From an uncultured Bacteroidales bacterium (lineage in GTDB: Bacteria; Bacteroidota; Bacteroidia; Bacteroidales; JAEINX01), in NCBI GenBank assembly GCA_964462015.1, contig CAYWXI010000002.1, positions 23,128 to 87,127 of the forward strand: a stretch of DNA of 64,000 bases. Direction: 5' to 3'. Positions 18,424 to 27,714 of the stretch are shown one piece after another. Every line of letters starts with the position of its first letter. Positions within the stretch are counted from its first letter, which is position 1. The notes under the pieces were generated by a model. The model worked only from the letters and a program-made list of their open reading frames with translations, made no database searches and was not told the DNA's origin. The position numbers and the translations under genes were made by a program.

Positions 18424-20472
18424 ATGGCAAGGACAAATAGAAATCAGCTTGTTTTTACTGAACCTGACAAATGTCGGGTTTGCTATACTTGTGTGAGAGA
18501 ATGTCCTGTGAAAGCCATTAAAATCATTAACGGTCAGGCTCAGGTAATTAGTGAGCGTTGCATTGGTTGTGGAAATTGTGTTACTGTTTGCAGCCAGGGT
18601 GCAAAGGTTTATTTAGATTCAAAAGCTGAAGTGTTTTCACTTCTTGATTCAGAGGAGAAAGTAATTGCATGTATCGCCCCTAGTTTTCCTGCCGAATTTA
18701 CAGAAATTAATGATCATTCTATTTTGGTTGGAATGTTAAAAAGGCTTGGATTCGATTATGTTGTTGAAGTGTCGTTTGGAGCAGATATTGTTGCAAAAGA
18801 ATATCGAAAAGAGCTGGAAGACGAAAATGCGAAACCTTGTATTTCATCCGACTGTCCGGCGATTGTATCATTTATTGAACATTATCACCCTGATTTAATT
18901 CCTTCTTTATCAAAAATTGCTTCACCGATGGTTGCTATTTCCCGGATAACAAAAAAGAAGTATGGTAATGATGTTAAGATAGTGTTTGTTGGCCCATGCA
19001 TTGCAAAAAAAGCTGAATCAGAAGAAATTGATGAGGTAATAACTTTCAAAGAGCTGAGGGAGATGTTTGTGTTGAGTGGCATTGACTCTGCGAAAGTTAC
19101 ACCTTGTGATTTCGATCCTCCAAAACCGGGAAAAGGAGCAATTTTTCCGGTAAGCAGAGGCATGCTGCAAACAATTAATAAAAGTGATGATATTTGTGAA
19201 GGTAATATTGTTGTTGCCGAAGGCCGAATTAATTTCCGCGATGCCATAAAAGAATTTGAAAATGGCCATATAAAAACTCAAAATCTCGAATTACTTTGTT
19301 GTGAAGGTTGCATTATGGGGCCGGGAATGTCAGTTGGTGGAAAAAGATATTCACGACGCACCAACATAAGTAATTATGTAAGAGAAAAAATCAGGAACCT
19401 TGATCAATCTCAATGGAAAAAGGATGTTGAAGAGTATTCAAAACTTGATATGAGCCGGTCATTTGAGGCTACTGACATACGTTTTAAACTTCCTTTACGC
19501 AAAGAAATTGATAAGGTTCTGGTTTCTATGGGAAAAATTACCCCAAAAGATCATTTGAATTGTGGAGCATGTGGTTATGATACCTGTGAGGAACACGCAA
19601 TTGCAATAGTAGAAGGTTTAGCCGAAAACGAAATGTGCCTGCCTTTTACCATTGAAAAACTTCATAAGTCAAATAATGATCTTAACCTCTCGAACCAAAA
19701 ACTTGCTTCCACCCGACAGGCATTAAAACAAAGCGAAAAGCTTGCCGGTATGGGCCAACTATCTGCCGGAATTGCTCACGAATTAAACAATCCTTTGGGA
19801 GTAATTACCATGTACAGCAATATTCTTATGGAAGAAACAAATGAAGATGATCCCTTAAGGAATGATCTTGAATTGATTGTTGAGCAAACAAACAGATGTA
19901 AAAACATTGTTGGCGGATTATTGAATTTTGCAAGAAAAAACCAGGTTAATTTATCTGAAACCAACATAATTAATTTCACAAAACAAAGTATCAAATCAAT
20001 TATTAAATCCAATTCAGTTAAAGTAATATTCAAATCAAACATTAGTGATCCGATTGCAATGATTGATACCGATCAAATGATGCAGGTTCTGACCAATTTA
20101 GAAAAAAATGCGATTGAAGCCATGCCTGATGGCGGTACTCTCAATATTGAATTAGATGGAAATAAAAACGAAATAGAATTTAAAATAAGTGATAGTGGTG
20201 TTGGTATTTCAAAAGAAAATATGGAGAAAATTTTTACTCCGTTTTTCACAACAAAAGAACTCGGAAAAGGAACAGGTTTAGGCCTTCCGTTAATTTATGG
20301 AATTATAAAAATGCACAAAGGACAAATTTCTGTTACCTCGAATGCAGACCCTAATAATGGCCAAACAGGAACATCTTTTAAAATTGTTATACCAAGAGAG
20401 AAGAAATTAGAAATTCAAGAGCAACCATCCCGAGTGCTCGGGACTAATTTCTTAAAGAAAACAAATAATTAA
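18424..20472 (+). CDS. Sensory (group C-like) [FeFe]-hydrogenase fused to a histidine kinase
   Basis: 2x[4Fe-4S]; variant H-cluster motifs SSDCP, GPCIAKKAE, ELLCCEGCIMGPG; FeS domain LNCGACGYDTC..MCLP; AHELNNPL; PFFTTK..GTGLGL. Confidence 0.9.
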   Translation: MARTNRNQLVFTEPDKCRVCYTCVRECPVKAIKIINGQAQVISERCIGCGNCVTVCSQGAKVYLDSKAEVFSLLDSEEKVIACIAPSFPAEFTEINDHSILVGMLKRLGFDYVVEVSFGADIVAKEYRKELEDENAKPCISSDCPAIVSFIEHYHPDLIPSLSKIASPMVAISRITKKKYGNDVKIVFVGPCIAKKAESEEIDEVITFKELREMFVLSGIDSAKVTPCDFDPPKPGKGAIFPVSRGMLQTINKSDDICEGNIVVAEGRINFRDAIKEFENGHIKTQNLELLCCEGCIMGPGMSVGGKRYSRRTNISNYVREKIRNLDQSQWKKDVEEYSKLDMSRSFEATDIRFKLPLRKEIDKVLVSMGKITPKDHLNCGACGYDTCEEHAIAIVEGLAENEMCLPFTIEKLHKSNNDLNLSNQKLASTRQALKQSEKLAGMGQLSAGIAHELNNPLGVITMYSNILMEETNEDDPLRNDLELIVEQTNRCKNIVGGLLNFARKNQVNLSETNIINFTKQSIKSIIKSNSVKVIFKSNISDPIAMIDTDQMMQVLTNLEKNAIEAMPDGGTLNIELDGNKNEIEFKISDSGVGISKENMEKIFTPFFTTKELGKGTGLGLPLIYGIIKMHKGQISVTSNADPNNGQTGTSFKIVIPREKKLEIQEQPSRVLGTNFLKKTNN

Positions 20473-20480
20473 GTACAAAT

Positions 20481-20885
20481 ATGTTACCAAAACATAAACA
20501 CATGAAAACAATATTAATAATCGACGATGACATTGATTATCTCGAACAAATGAAAATACAATTGACCTCTTTTGGTTTTGAGGCAGTAGTTGCCGAAAGT
20601 CAAAAAGAAGGCGAAGAAACATTAAATAAAATTAAACCTGATCTGGTAATTGTTGACATGATGATGGAAAACCAGGATAGTGGTTTTATTTTTTGTTATA
20701 AAATAAAAAAGAAATTTCCTGAGGTTCCCGTAATAATTGCTTCGGCGGTTACGGCTGAAACCGGGATGATTTTCGGACTGAACTCTGAAGAAGAACGCAA
20801 TTGGATAAAAGCCGACCTGTATCTTGAAAAAGGATTGCGACCTGACCAGCTTCAGCGGGAAATCAATAAATTATTAAAACTGTAA
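20481..20885 (+). CDS. Single-domain response regulator
   Basis: ILIIDDD, IVDMMM, ASA, YLEK; start may be the Met at 20502. Confidence 0.9.
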   Translation: MLPKHKHMKTILIIDDDIDYLEQMKIQLTSFGFEAVVAESQKEGEETLNKIKPDLVIVDMMMENQDSGFIFCYKIKKKFPEVPVIIASAVTAETGMIFGLNSEEERNWIKADLYLEKGLRPDQLQREINKLLKL

Positions 20886-21013
20886 TGCTTATCAAATAAA
20901 CTGATTTTAAAAATGAAAGAAAATCTAAATAAGCTTACAAAGGCATTTAAGAAATTAGTCGGTGGAGACCGGTTAATAAATTGTAAATTTTTTCATAAAT
21001 AGTTTTTTAGTTT

Positions 21014-21094
21014 GCGGGGAAAGGGTTGCTCAAAATGATGATTTTTTTTTGGTTGGTTAATATTTGTTTTTTCACCCTGACCCCGCTTTTTTTT
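21014..21094 (+). terminator. Long-loop hairpin with U-tract (possible intra-operon terminator)
   Basis: gcgggga-aagggt ... accct-ga-ccccgc-tttttttt. Confidence 0.55.
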
Positions 21095-21126
21095 GAATTG
21101 AAATCGAATTTTAAAATATAAATAAA

Positions 21127-22260
21127 ATGGAAAAGTTAAAAGTTTTAGTAGTTGATGATGAGCCGGGAATTCGTTCCGGAATCGAAAGGATATTAAAAAA
21201 TTACACTGTTGGGTATCCATTTATGGACGAAGATTTCCATTTTGATGTTATTGAAGCCGAAACAGGTGAAAAAGCAATTGAAATCATCGACGCCCAACAA
21301 GTCGATATTATTTTACTTGACAACAAATTACCCGGAATTCATGGAATTGAGGTTCTCGAATATATTAATAAAAAACAATACGACGCACAGGTAATGATGA
21401 TCACATCCTATGCTTCGCTCGACCTTGCCGTTAAAGCAACAAATAACGGAGCATACAATTTTGTGCCGAAACCTTTTACTCCACAGGAATTAAAAGCTGC
21501 TTTGGAAAGCATCACAAAGCATCTTTTCCTGAAAAGGATGACAAGAAAAATGAATGAAGAAGGCAAGCAGATCAGATTTCAGTTTTTATCTGTCTTATCG
21601 CACGAACTTAAATCACCTTTAAATGCCATCGAAGGTTATCTGCGCATTATGCACGACAAACAAGTTGGTAACAATATTGATGATTATCAAAAAATGATAG
21701 ATCGGTCGATGGAACGCATTAACGGCATGCGAGGACTTATTATGGACCTCCTCGATCTAACAAAATTAGAACCCGGAAAAAAACGTAATCTTAAAAATAT
21801 CGACATTTCTGAAATTGCCAAAATTAGCGTTAACACTATGGAACCTTTGGCCATTCAAAAAAACGTTAAATTATTTATTGATGTTGACCGGGATATTTAT
21901 TTCCCTGCTGATAGTACGGAAATAGAAATAATTTTTAATAACCTTATTTCGAATGCAGTAAAATACAACAAATACAATGGCGAAGTACATGTAAGTTTGA
22001 AAAATAATAATAATAATTGCATCAAAATAAAGGTTGAAGATACGGGTATTGGAATGTCAGAAGATGAAATTTCCAGGCTATTTCATGAATTTGTAAGAAT
22101 TAAAAATGTTAAAACAAAAAATATTACAGGAAGTGGGCTTGGATTATCAATAGTGAAAAAGCTTGTAGATGTTTATAATGGAAATGTTGAGGTTTCAAGT
22201 GTTCCCGACAAAGGAAGTACGTTTGAAATAGAATTACCTGTACAGAGAATGGGAGACTGA
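21127..22260 (+). CDS. Hybrid receiver-histidine kinase (REC-HisKA-HATPase), cytoplasmic
   Basis: VVDDE, LLDNKLP, PKPF; SHELKSPL; NAVKY, DTGIG, GSGLGL. Confidence 0.93.
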   Translation: MEKLKVLVVDDEPGIRSGIERILKNYTVGYPFMDEDFHFDVIEAETGEKAIEIIDAQQVDIILLDNKLPGIHGIEVLEYINKKQYDAQVMMITSYASLDLAVKATNNGAYNFVPKPFTPQELKAALESITKHLFLKRMTRKMNEEGKQIRFQFLSVLSHELKSPLNAIEGYLRIMHDKQVGNNIDDYQKMIDRSMERINGMRGLIMDLLDLTKLEPGKKRNLKNIDISEIAKISVNTMEPLAIQKNVKLFIDVDRDIYFPADSTEIEIIFNNLISNAVKYNKYNGEVHVSLKNNNNNCIKIKVEDTGIGMSEDEISRLFHEFVRIKNVKTKNITGSGLGLSIVKKLVDVYNGNVEVSSVPDKGSTFEIELPVQRMGD

Positions 22261-22304
22261 AGGGCTGAGAAAATGAGATATTCAAGCATTAAAACATAAA
22301 AAAA

Positions 22305-23732
22305 ATGAAATTTAAACCGGAAAAATATTCAATCGGGGATGAGTCAATGAAAACTTATATTGATTCCGGTGAAATCTGGGATTATATCAATAATGCCGTT
22401 CCGACAAAAGAAAGTGTTAAAAAGATCATTGAAAAATCATTAAACAAAAACCGACTGAATCTTCAGGAAGTTGCAACACTGGTAAATACAACCGATCCTG
22501 AACTTGTCGAGGAGATAAAAGCCGGAGCAAAAAAACTTAAAGAAAATGTTTATGGCAACCGTATAGTTTTATTCGCACCTTTATATGTTGGTAATTTATG
22601 CTTGAATGATTGTAAATATTGCGGGTTTAAGTCATCGAACAAAAATGCTGTCCGCAAAACCTTAAGCAAAAATGAATTAATTGAAAATGTTAAAGCTCTC
22701 GAAGAACACGGACAAAAAAGGCTGATCCTGGTTTATGGCGAGCATAAAAAATATTCTCCTGAGTACATTGCCGAAACTGTTCGTACGGTTTATGATGTAA
22801 AAACAGGAAATGGCGAAATTCGCAGAATCAATATAAATGCCGCCCCTCTCGACATCGAAGGTTATAAAATTGTTAAAGAGGCCGGAATTGGAACATACCA
22901 GGTTTTTCAGGAAACCTATCATCCCGAGGCATATAAAATTTATCATCAAAAAGGTATCAAAGCTGATTATTCATACCGCCTGACAGCTCTCGACAGGGCA
23001 CAGGAGGCCGGTATTGATGATGTTGGAATAGGAGTTTTGTTTGGATTATATGATTGGAGATTTGAAATTCTTTCACTTGTCCGACATACAAATCATTTGG
23101 AATCTTGCTATAATGTGGGTCCACACACCATTTCTTTCCCCCGTTTACAGGATGCATCCGAATATGATATTGATGAAAAACATAAAGTTTCAGACGAGGA
23201 TTTCACAAAATTAGTTGCCATTCTTCGTCTTGCTGTTCCTTATACGGGTTTAATTTTAACAGCTCGTGAATCGGAAAGTATTCGCAAAGAGGTTTTACAA
23301 TACGGTTGTTCACAAATTGATGCCGGTACCAAACTCGAAATCGGAGCTTATGCCGAAAATCCCGAAATTGATCAAAACCTGAATAAAGAACAATTTTTGA
23401 TCAACGATTCAAGAACTCTAAATGAAATTATCGACGAATTGGTTGATGACGGGTATCTTCCATCGTTTTGCACAGCCTGCTACCGATTGGGAAGAACCGG
23501 TGAACATTTTATGGAATTTTCGGTGCCCGGTTTCATTAAAAGATATTGCACTCCCAACGCAATTCTCACATTATCTGAGTATCTCATTGATTACGCAAAA
23601 CCCGAAACAGCAAACAAAGGCTGGAAAATCATCGATGAGAATATTAATAAAATCGATGACAAGAAAATAAAAACAGAAATTCTGAAAAGAATAGAAATGA
23701 TTAAAATGGGAAAACGTGATTTGTATTTTTAA
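22305..23732 (+). CDS. hydG: H-cluster radical SAM maturase HydG
   Basis: LFAPLY, CLNDCKYC, GPHTISFPR, C-terminal CTACYR...CTPN. Confidence 0.96.
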   Translation: MKFKPEKYSIGDESMKTYIDSGEIWDYINNAVPTKESVKKIIEKSLNKNRLNLQEVATLVNTTDPELVEEIKAGAKKLKENVYGNRIVLFAPLYVGNLCLNDCKYCGFKSSNKNAVRKTLSKNELIENVKALEEHGQKRLILVYGEHKKYSPEYIAETVRTVYDVKTGNGEIRRININAAPLDIEGYKIVKEAGIGTYQVFQETYHPEAYKIYHQKGIKADYSYRLTALDRAQEAGIDDVGIGVLFGLYDWRFEILSLVRHTNHLESCYNVGPHTISFPRLQDASEYDIDEKHKVSDEDFTKLVAILRLAVPYTGLILTARESESIRKEVLQYGCSQIDAGTKLEIGAYAENPEIDQNLNKEQFLINDSRTLNEIIDELVDDGYLPSFCTACYRLGRTGEHFMEFSVPGFIKRYCTPNAILTLSEYLIDYAKPETANKGWKIIDENINKIDDKKIKTEILKRIEMIKMGKRDLYF

Positions 23733-23780
23733 TTAATAATTAAGATGTTGCCATGTGATATGGTAGTTTTGTTTGTCAAT

Positions 23781-23823
23781 AAAAGCCATTCGGAATCGGA
23801 ATATGATTTCCGGTGGCTTTTTT
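23781..23823 (+). terminator. Intrinsic terminator after hydG
   Basis: aaaagcca...tggctttttt. Confidence 0.65.
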
Positions 23824-23857
23824 AAACTGTTAAACTAATTTACTAAAAAACACTACA

Positions 23858-25069
23858 ATGACTAAAGGAAAAGATTCAAAGCCACATATCGGAATTTTTG
23901 GAAAAAGAAACAGCGGGAAAAGTTCTTTCATAAATACAATAGTAGGACAGGATGTTGCAATTGTTTCCGAAAATGCAGGTACAACAACCGATCCGGTTAA
24001 AAAATCATTGGAAATTTTCGGTATTGGCCCGGTAATTATCATCGACACAGCAGGAATTGATGATGATGGCAAACTTGGAAAAATGCGTGTTGACAAAAGT
24101 CTGGAAGTTATAAAAACCGTTGATTGTGCTATTCTTATGATCACAACTAATTCATTCGATGTTTATGAAATCGGTTTGATCAAAAAATTCAATGATCTTG
24201 ATATTCCTTTTACAATAATTCACAACAAGGCCGATATTGAAAAAATCTCAAAAAATACCATAGAAAAAATTGGAAGCCACACCAATGCTCCCATTATTGA
24301 TTTTAGTGTAAAACATCCCGAAAATACCGATGAAATTGTAAATCAATTAAAGAACATTATTCCTGAAACTGCCTATAAATCTATTTCACTTCTCGGCGAT
24401 TTGCTTTCAAAAGATGATATCGTGCTTTTAATCACTCCTATCGATTCTGAAGCTCCGGAAGGAAGAATGATATTGCCGCAAGTTATGGCAATCAGAGATA
24501 TTCTTGATAACGACTGCGTTGCTATTGTTGTGAAAGAAACCGAAGTAAAACATTTTCTCGAGAAAACAAAGATAGTTCCAAAATTAGCTATTACCGACAG
24601 CCAGGCATTTGAGCTTGTAAAAGAACTGATTCCCGAAAATATTCCTTTAACAAGTTTCAGTATTGTATTTGCAAGAATGAAAGGGGATTTTGAGGAATAT
24701 ATTAAAGGTACCAAAACTATTCCTGATTTAAATAAGGGTGACAGGATTCTAATTCTTGAATCATGTTCACATAGGATTAGTTGTGATGATATTGGTAGAT
24801 ATAAAATCCCAAAATGGTTGATGGAATACACAGGTAAATCATTTGAATTTGATGTTGTTGCCGGTTTAGATAAACTCGATCGCAATATTAATGATTATGC
24901 ATTGCTTATTCAATGTGGCGGCTGTGTTGTTACCCGCAAACAACTTCACAACAGATTGAAACCTGCAATTGATGCAGGAATCCCGGTTTCAAACTACGGA
25001 ATGACAATTGCCTATATGAATGGGATTTTTGATCGCGCAATAATGCCTTTTAAAAAGAAAAACAAATGA
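23858..25069 (+). CDS. hydF: H-cluster maturation GTPase HydF
   Basis: GKRNSGKSS, GTTTDPV, DTAG, NKAD, ESCSH...QCGGC, NYG. Confidence 0.96.
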   Translation: MTKGKDSKPHIGIFGKRNSGKSSFINTIVGQDVAIVSENAGTTTDPVKKSLEIFGIGPVIIIDTAGIDDDGKLGKMRVDKSLEVIKTVDCAILMITTNSFDVYEIGLIKKFNDLDIPFTIIHNKADIEKISKNTIEKIGSHTNAPIIDFSVKHPENTDEIVNQLKNIIPETAYKSISLLGDLLSKDDIVLLITPIDSEAPEGRMILPQVMAIRDILDNDCVAIVVKETEVKHFLEKTKIVPKLAITDSQAFELVKELIPENIPLTSFSIVFARMKGDFEEYIKGTKTIPDLNKGDRILILESCSHRISCDDIGRYKIPKWLMEYTGKSFEFDVVAGLDKLDRNINDYALLIQCGGCVVTRKQLHNRLKPAIDAGIPVSNYGMTIAYMNGIFDRAIMPFKKKNK

Positions 25070-26154
25070 AAACACCTTTCCATAAAATATTATCTAATAA
25101 AAGACTAAATAAAGAGAATATTGTTAAACTTTTATCAGCAACTGATTCGATTGAAAGAGAAAACATCAGGCAAAAAGCTTACTCAATCAAACGCAAACAT
25201 CTTTCCAAAACGGTTTATTTAAGGGGATTAATTGAATACTCAAATATATGCTCACGCAATTGTTTATATTGTGGTGTCAGGGCCGGAAATATTGATATAA
25301 ATCGTTATCAATTGCCTGATAAGGAAGTTTTAGAAGCAGTTGATTATGCATGGAAAAACAAGTTTGCTTCAATAGTTATTCAATCCGGCGAACGTAACGA
25401 CAAGGAATTTATAGCCAAGATCGACAATCTTTTAAAAAAAATAAAACAAAACACAAACAACGAAATCGGGATAACATTATCATGTGGCGAGCAAAGTGAA
25501 GAGACTTACCGAAGATGGTTTGAAAGCGGTGCACATCGTTATTTATTAAGAATTGAAACTACGAATGAAGTTTTATTCAATAAAATTCATCCTGTTAATA
25601 CTGAAATAAATTTTTCAAAACGATTGAAATCACTTGAATTAATAAGGAAAAGCGGTTACCAAACCGGAACAGGAGTTATGATAGGACTGCCTTTTCAAAC
25701 AATTGATGACCTTGCCGAAGATTTGATGTTTTTTAAAAGCTTTGATATTGATATGGTTGGAATGGGGCCATATATCGAATGTGATAATACTCCCCTAAGC
25801 ATTTATAATAATCTTCTGCAACCTCTGAATGAAAGGTTTGAATTGAGTTTGCTAATGATTTCCGTATTAAGAATTTTGATGAAAGATATTAATATTGCCT
25901 CGTCAACCGCATTACAGGCCATTCATCCGATGGGCCGCGAAAAGGGATTACTTGCAGGTGCAAATATCATTATGCCAAACGTTACTCCCCTTAAATATCG
26001 GGCTGATTATCTCTTATATAAGGATAAACCCGGCATAAGCGAAAAATGCGATTCGGTTAAAAGCAGGCTCGAAAACAACATTAAATTATTTGACGAAAAC
26101 ATTGCTTACGGCCTTTGGGGGGATTCAAAGCATTTTAGTTGTAAAAAAAAATGA
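25066..26154 (+). CDS. hydE: H-cluster radical SAM maturase HydE
   Basis: LRGLIEYSNICSRNCLYC, RYLLRIET, GMGPY, AGANIIMPN, YLLY. Confidence 0.94.
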   Translation: MKTPFHKILSNKRLNKENIVKLLSATDSIERENIRQKAYSIKRKHLSKTVYLRGLIEYSNICSRNCLYCGVRAGNIDINRYQLPDKEVLEAVDYAWKNKFASIVIQSGERNDKEFIAKIDNLLKKIKQNTNNEIGITLSCGEQSEETYRRWFESGAHRYLLRIETTNEVLFNKIHPVNTEINFSKRLKSLELIRKSGYQTGTGVMIGLPFQTIDDLAEDLMFFKSFDIDMVGMGPYIECDNTPLSIYNNLLQPLNERFELSLLMISVLRILMKDINIASSTALQAIHPMGREKGLLAGANIIMPNVTPLKYRADYLLYKDKPGISEKCDSVKSRLENNIKLFDENIAYGLWGDSKHFSCKKK

Positions 26155-26156
26155 TA

Positions 26157-26220
26157 TGGATTTTAGGGCTTGATTTTGTGTTAGTCAGGCCTGGATTCAA
26201 AGTCAAGCCCTGACTATCCA
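26157..26220. repeat. Inverted repeat between convergent genes (terminator/REP-like)
   Basis: agggcttgattttg (26165-26178) / caaagtcaagccct (26198-26211). Confidence 0.6.
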
Positions 26221-26353
26221 AAAAATATTCAATTAAACTTTGGAATTTTAGCACATGAATATTATTAGGTAGGTTATCAAAGATTATTGTGTTTTTTAAG
26301 AACTCAACTGAGGCTTAAATCCTAATATGCAAGGTCATGTAATTCCTTGTTCC

Positions 26354-27190
26354 TCATTCTTTTGTTGTCCATGTAAAACAGTTTAAAGCACCTCCAAATT
26401 TAACAATATCAGTCATGTCAACCTGAGCAATCCGCCCTTTGTAATCAGGATAATAATTCTCAATCTGTTCAAATGCTTGAATATCTTCATCAATCCCGAA
26501 TTTTGGAAGCATAATTAAATCCATTGTTTGAAGGAAATTTATATATGCCCAATTCCTTTTATCTCTCTTTTTTACCTTGAAATCAATGAATTCTGTATTT
26601 AATCCACCAGCTTTCAATCGATAAAGCATTACATTATCAGTTTTATAGTAATGGCTTATCAAAACGGTCTCATTATCAATGAAACGAAGAACCCCATCAG
26701 AATGACTATACTTCTCTTTTTTATACCAAGGAATCAAAATCACCTTATCTACTTGAAAAGTATTCTGAAGTTTTTCAATCAATTTACTTTTGGAATAGGA
26801 AAGTCGGTTTTCTTTGACAATCTTGTCGGTAAGTATTATGCAATCAGACGATTTTACAAAATTACCACCAGCCATAATTAAATCCGATTTCTCGGTAGGT
26901 AGTTTTAAAGAATCACAAACAATGTCAGGATATGTTTTTAAATTACGACAACCTTTCCAATGACCTTGCAAGTAGTCAGGGTCGTACCGATATTCAATAT
27001 ATTTTGTGTCATTGACTTGAATTGGCATGTAATCTCTAACCCGGATATCTTTTGTATCAGGTATCAGTTCGAGTTTTACTCCAAAAGAATCAAAAATTGA
27101 TGTGATTTGGTCATAGGTACTTTTTAACCGATTTTCTGTTGTAATCCGCTTAGAAAAATAGACTGTATTTGTATCAAAATCACTTATCAT
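26354..27190 (-). CDS. Agmatine/peptidylarginine deiminase-like (pentein) protein, divergent
   Basis: RDYMP, GGN, HSDG, YINFL, GGALNC. Confidence 0.85.
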   Translation of the reverse strand: MISDFDTNTVYFSKRITTENRLKSTYDQITSIFDSFGVKLELIPDTKDIRVRDYMPIQVNDTKYIEYRYDPDYLQGHWKGCRNLKTYPDIVCDSLKLPTEKSDLIMAGGNFVKSSDCIILTDKIVKENRLSYSKSKLIEKLQNTFQVDKVILIPWYKKEKYSHSDGVLRFIDNETVLISHYYKTDNVMLYRLKAGGLNTEFIDFKVKKRDKRNWAYINFLQTMDLIMLPKFGIDEDIQAFEQIENYYPDYKGRIAQVDMTDIVKFGGALNCFTWTTKE

Positions 27191-27692
27191 TTGGATTAAT
27201 CTTAAATCGATAATTTAATTTATCAGTCCCACTCTCAACTGCATTTTTCCCTAATCCAATTCTCGCTGACTTATTAGCTTTCTGTTTGTCAAACTTATGC
27301 TCTACAATCTTTGTTTGAATTGAATCACTAAAGGCACTTGTACCACTGAAAAGTTTCATTGCACAAACCATTGGACCTTTATAAATTTTATTCTCCTTTA
27401 AACTGTAAACACTACGAATCAGAATACCTCCAAAGCCTCCAATTTCCTCATTTTTTAAAGCAATATCTACTCCTGAATAATGAAAAAACCAATCCCCATG
27501 CTTGGGGTCAACATGATTTCTCTGATAAGTGCTATCATCCTTATGTTTTGGTGATGTCCAATAAAATTCAATTTCAGTCAATCTGTATTTTGACTCATGA
27601 TTTTCAATCGCACAATCATTTAATAGCTTATCAGCTATCGTTTCAAATTCATACTCAGTTTCTTTCTCTATTTTTAGGAAATCAATGTTCAT
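27180..27692 (-). CDS. Hypothetical protein resembling methylpurine-DNA glycosylase (MPG) fold
   Basis: YRLTEIEFY, GGILIR, GP, RIGL, YRF follow the MPG motif order (IVETEAY, AVLIRA, GPG, RIGI, WRF). Confidence 0.6.
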   Translation of the reverse strand: MNIDFLKIEKETEYEFETIADKLLNDCAIENHESKYRLTEIEFYWTSPKHKDDSTYQRNHVDPKHGDWFFHYSGVDIALKNEEIGGFGGILIRSVYSLKENKIYKGPMVCAMKLFSGTSAFSDSIQTKIVEHKFDKQKANKSARIGLGKNAVESGTDKLNYRFKINPNDK

Positions 27693-27714
27693 TTTGTGCC
27701 GTATCGTTCGTTTT

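Noticed and set aside
23858-25069. HydF QCGGC instead of HCGGC as a defect
   Set aside because: All three Cys ligands and the GTPase motifs are intact; treated as a natural variant
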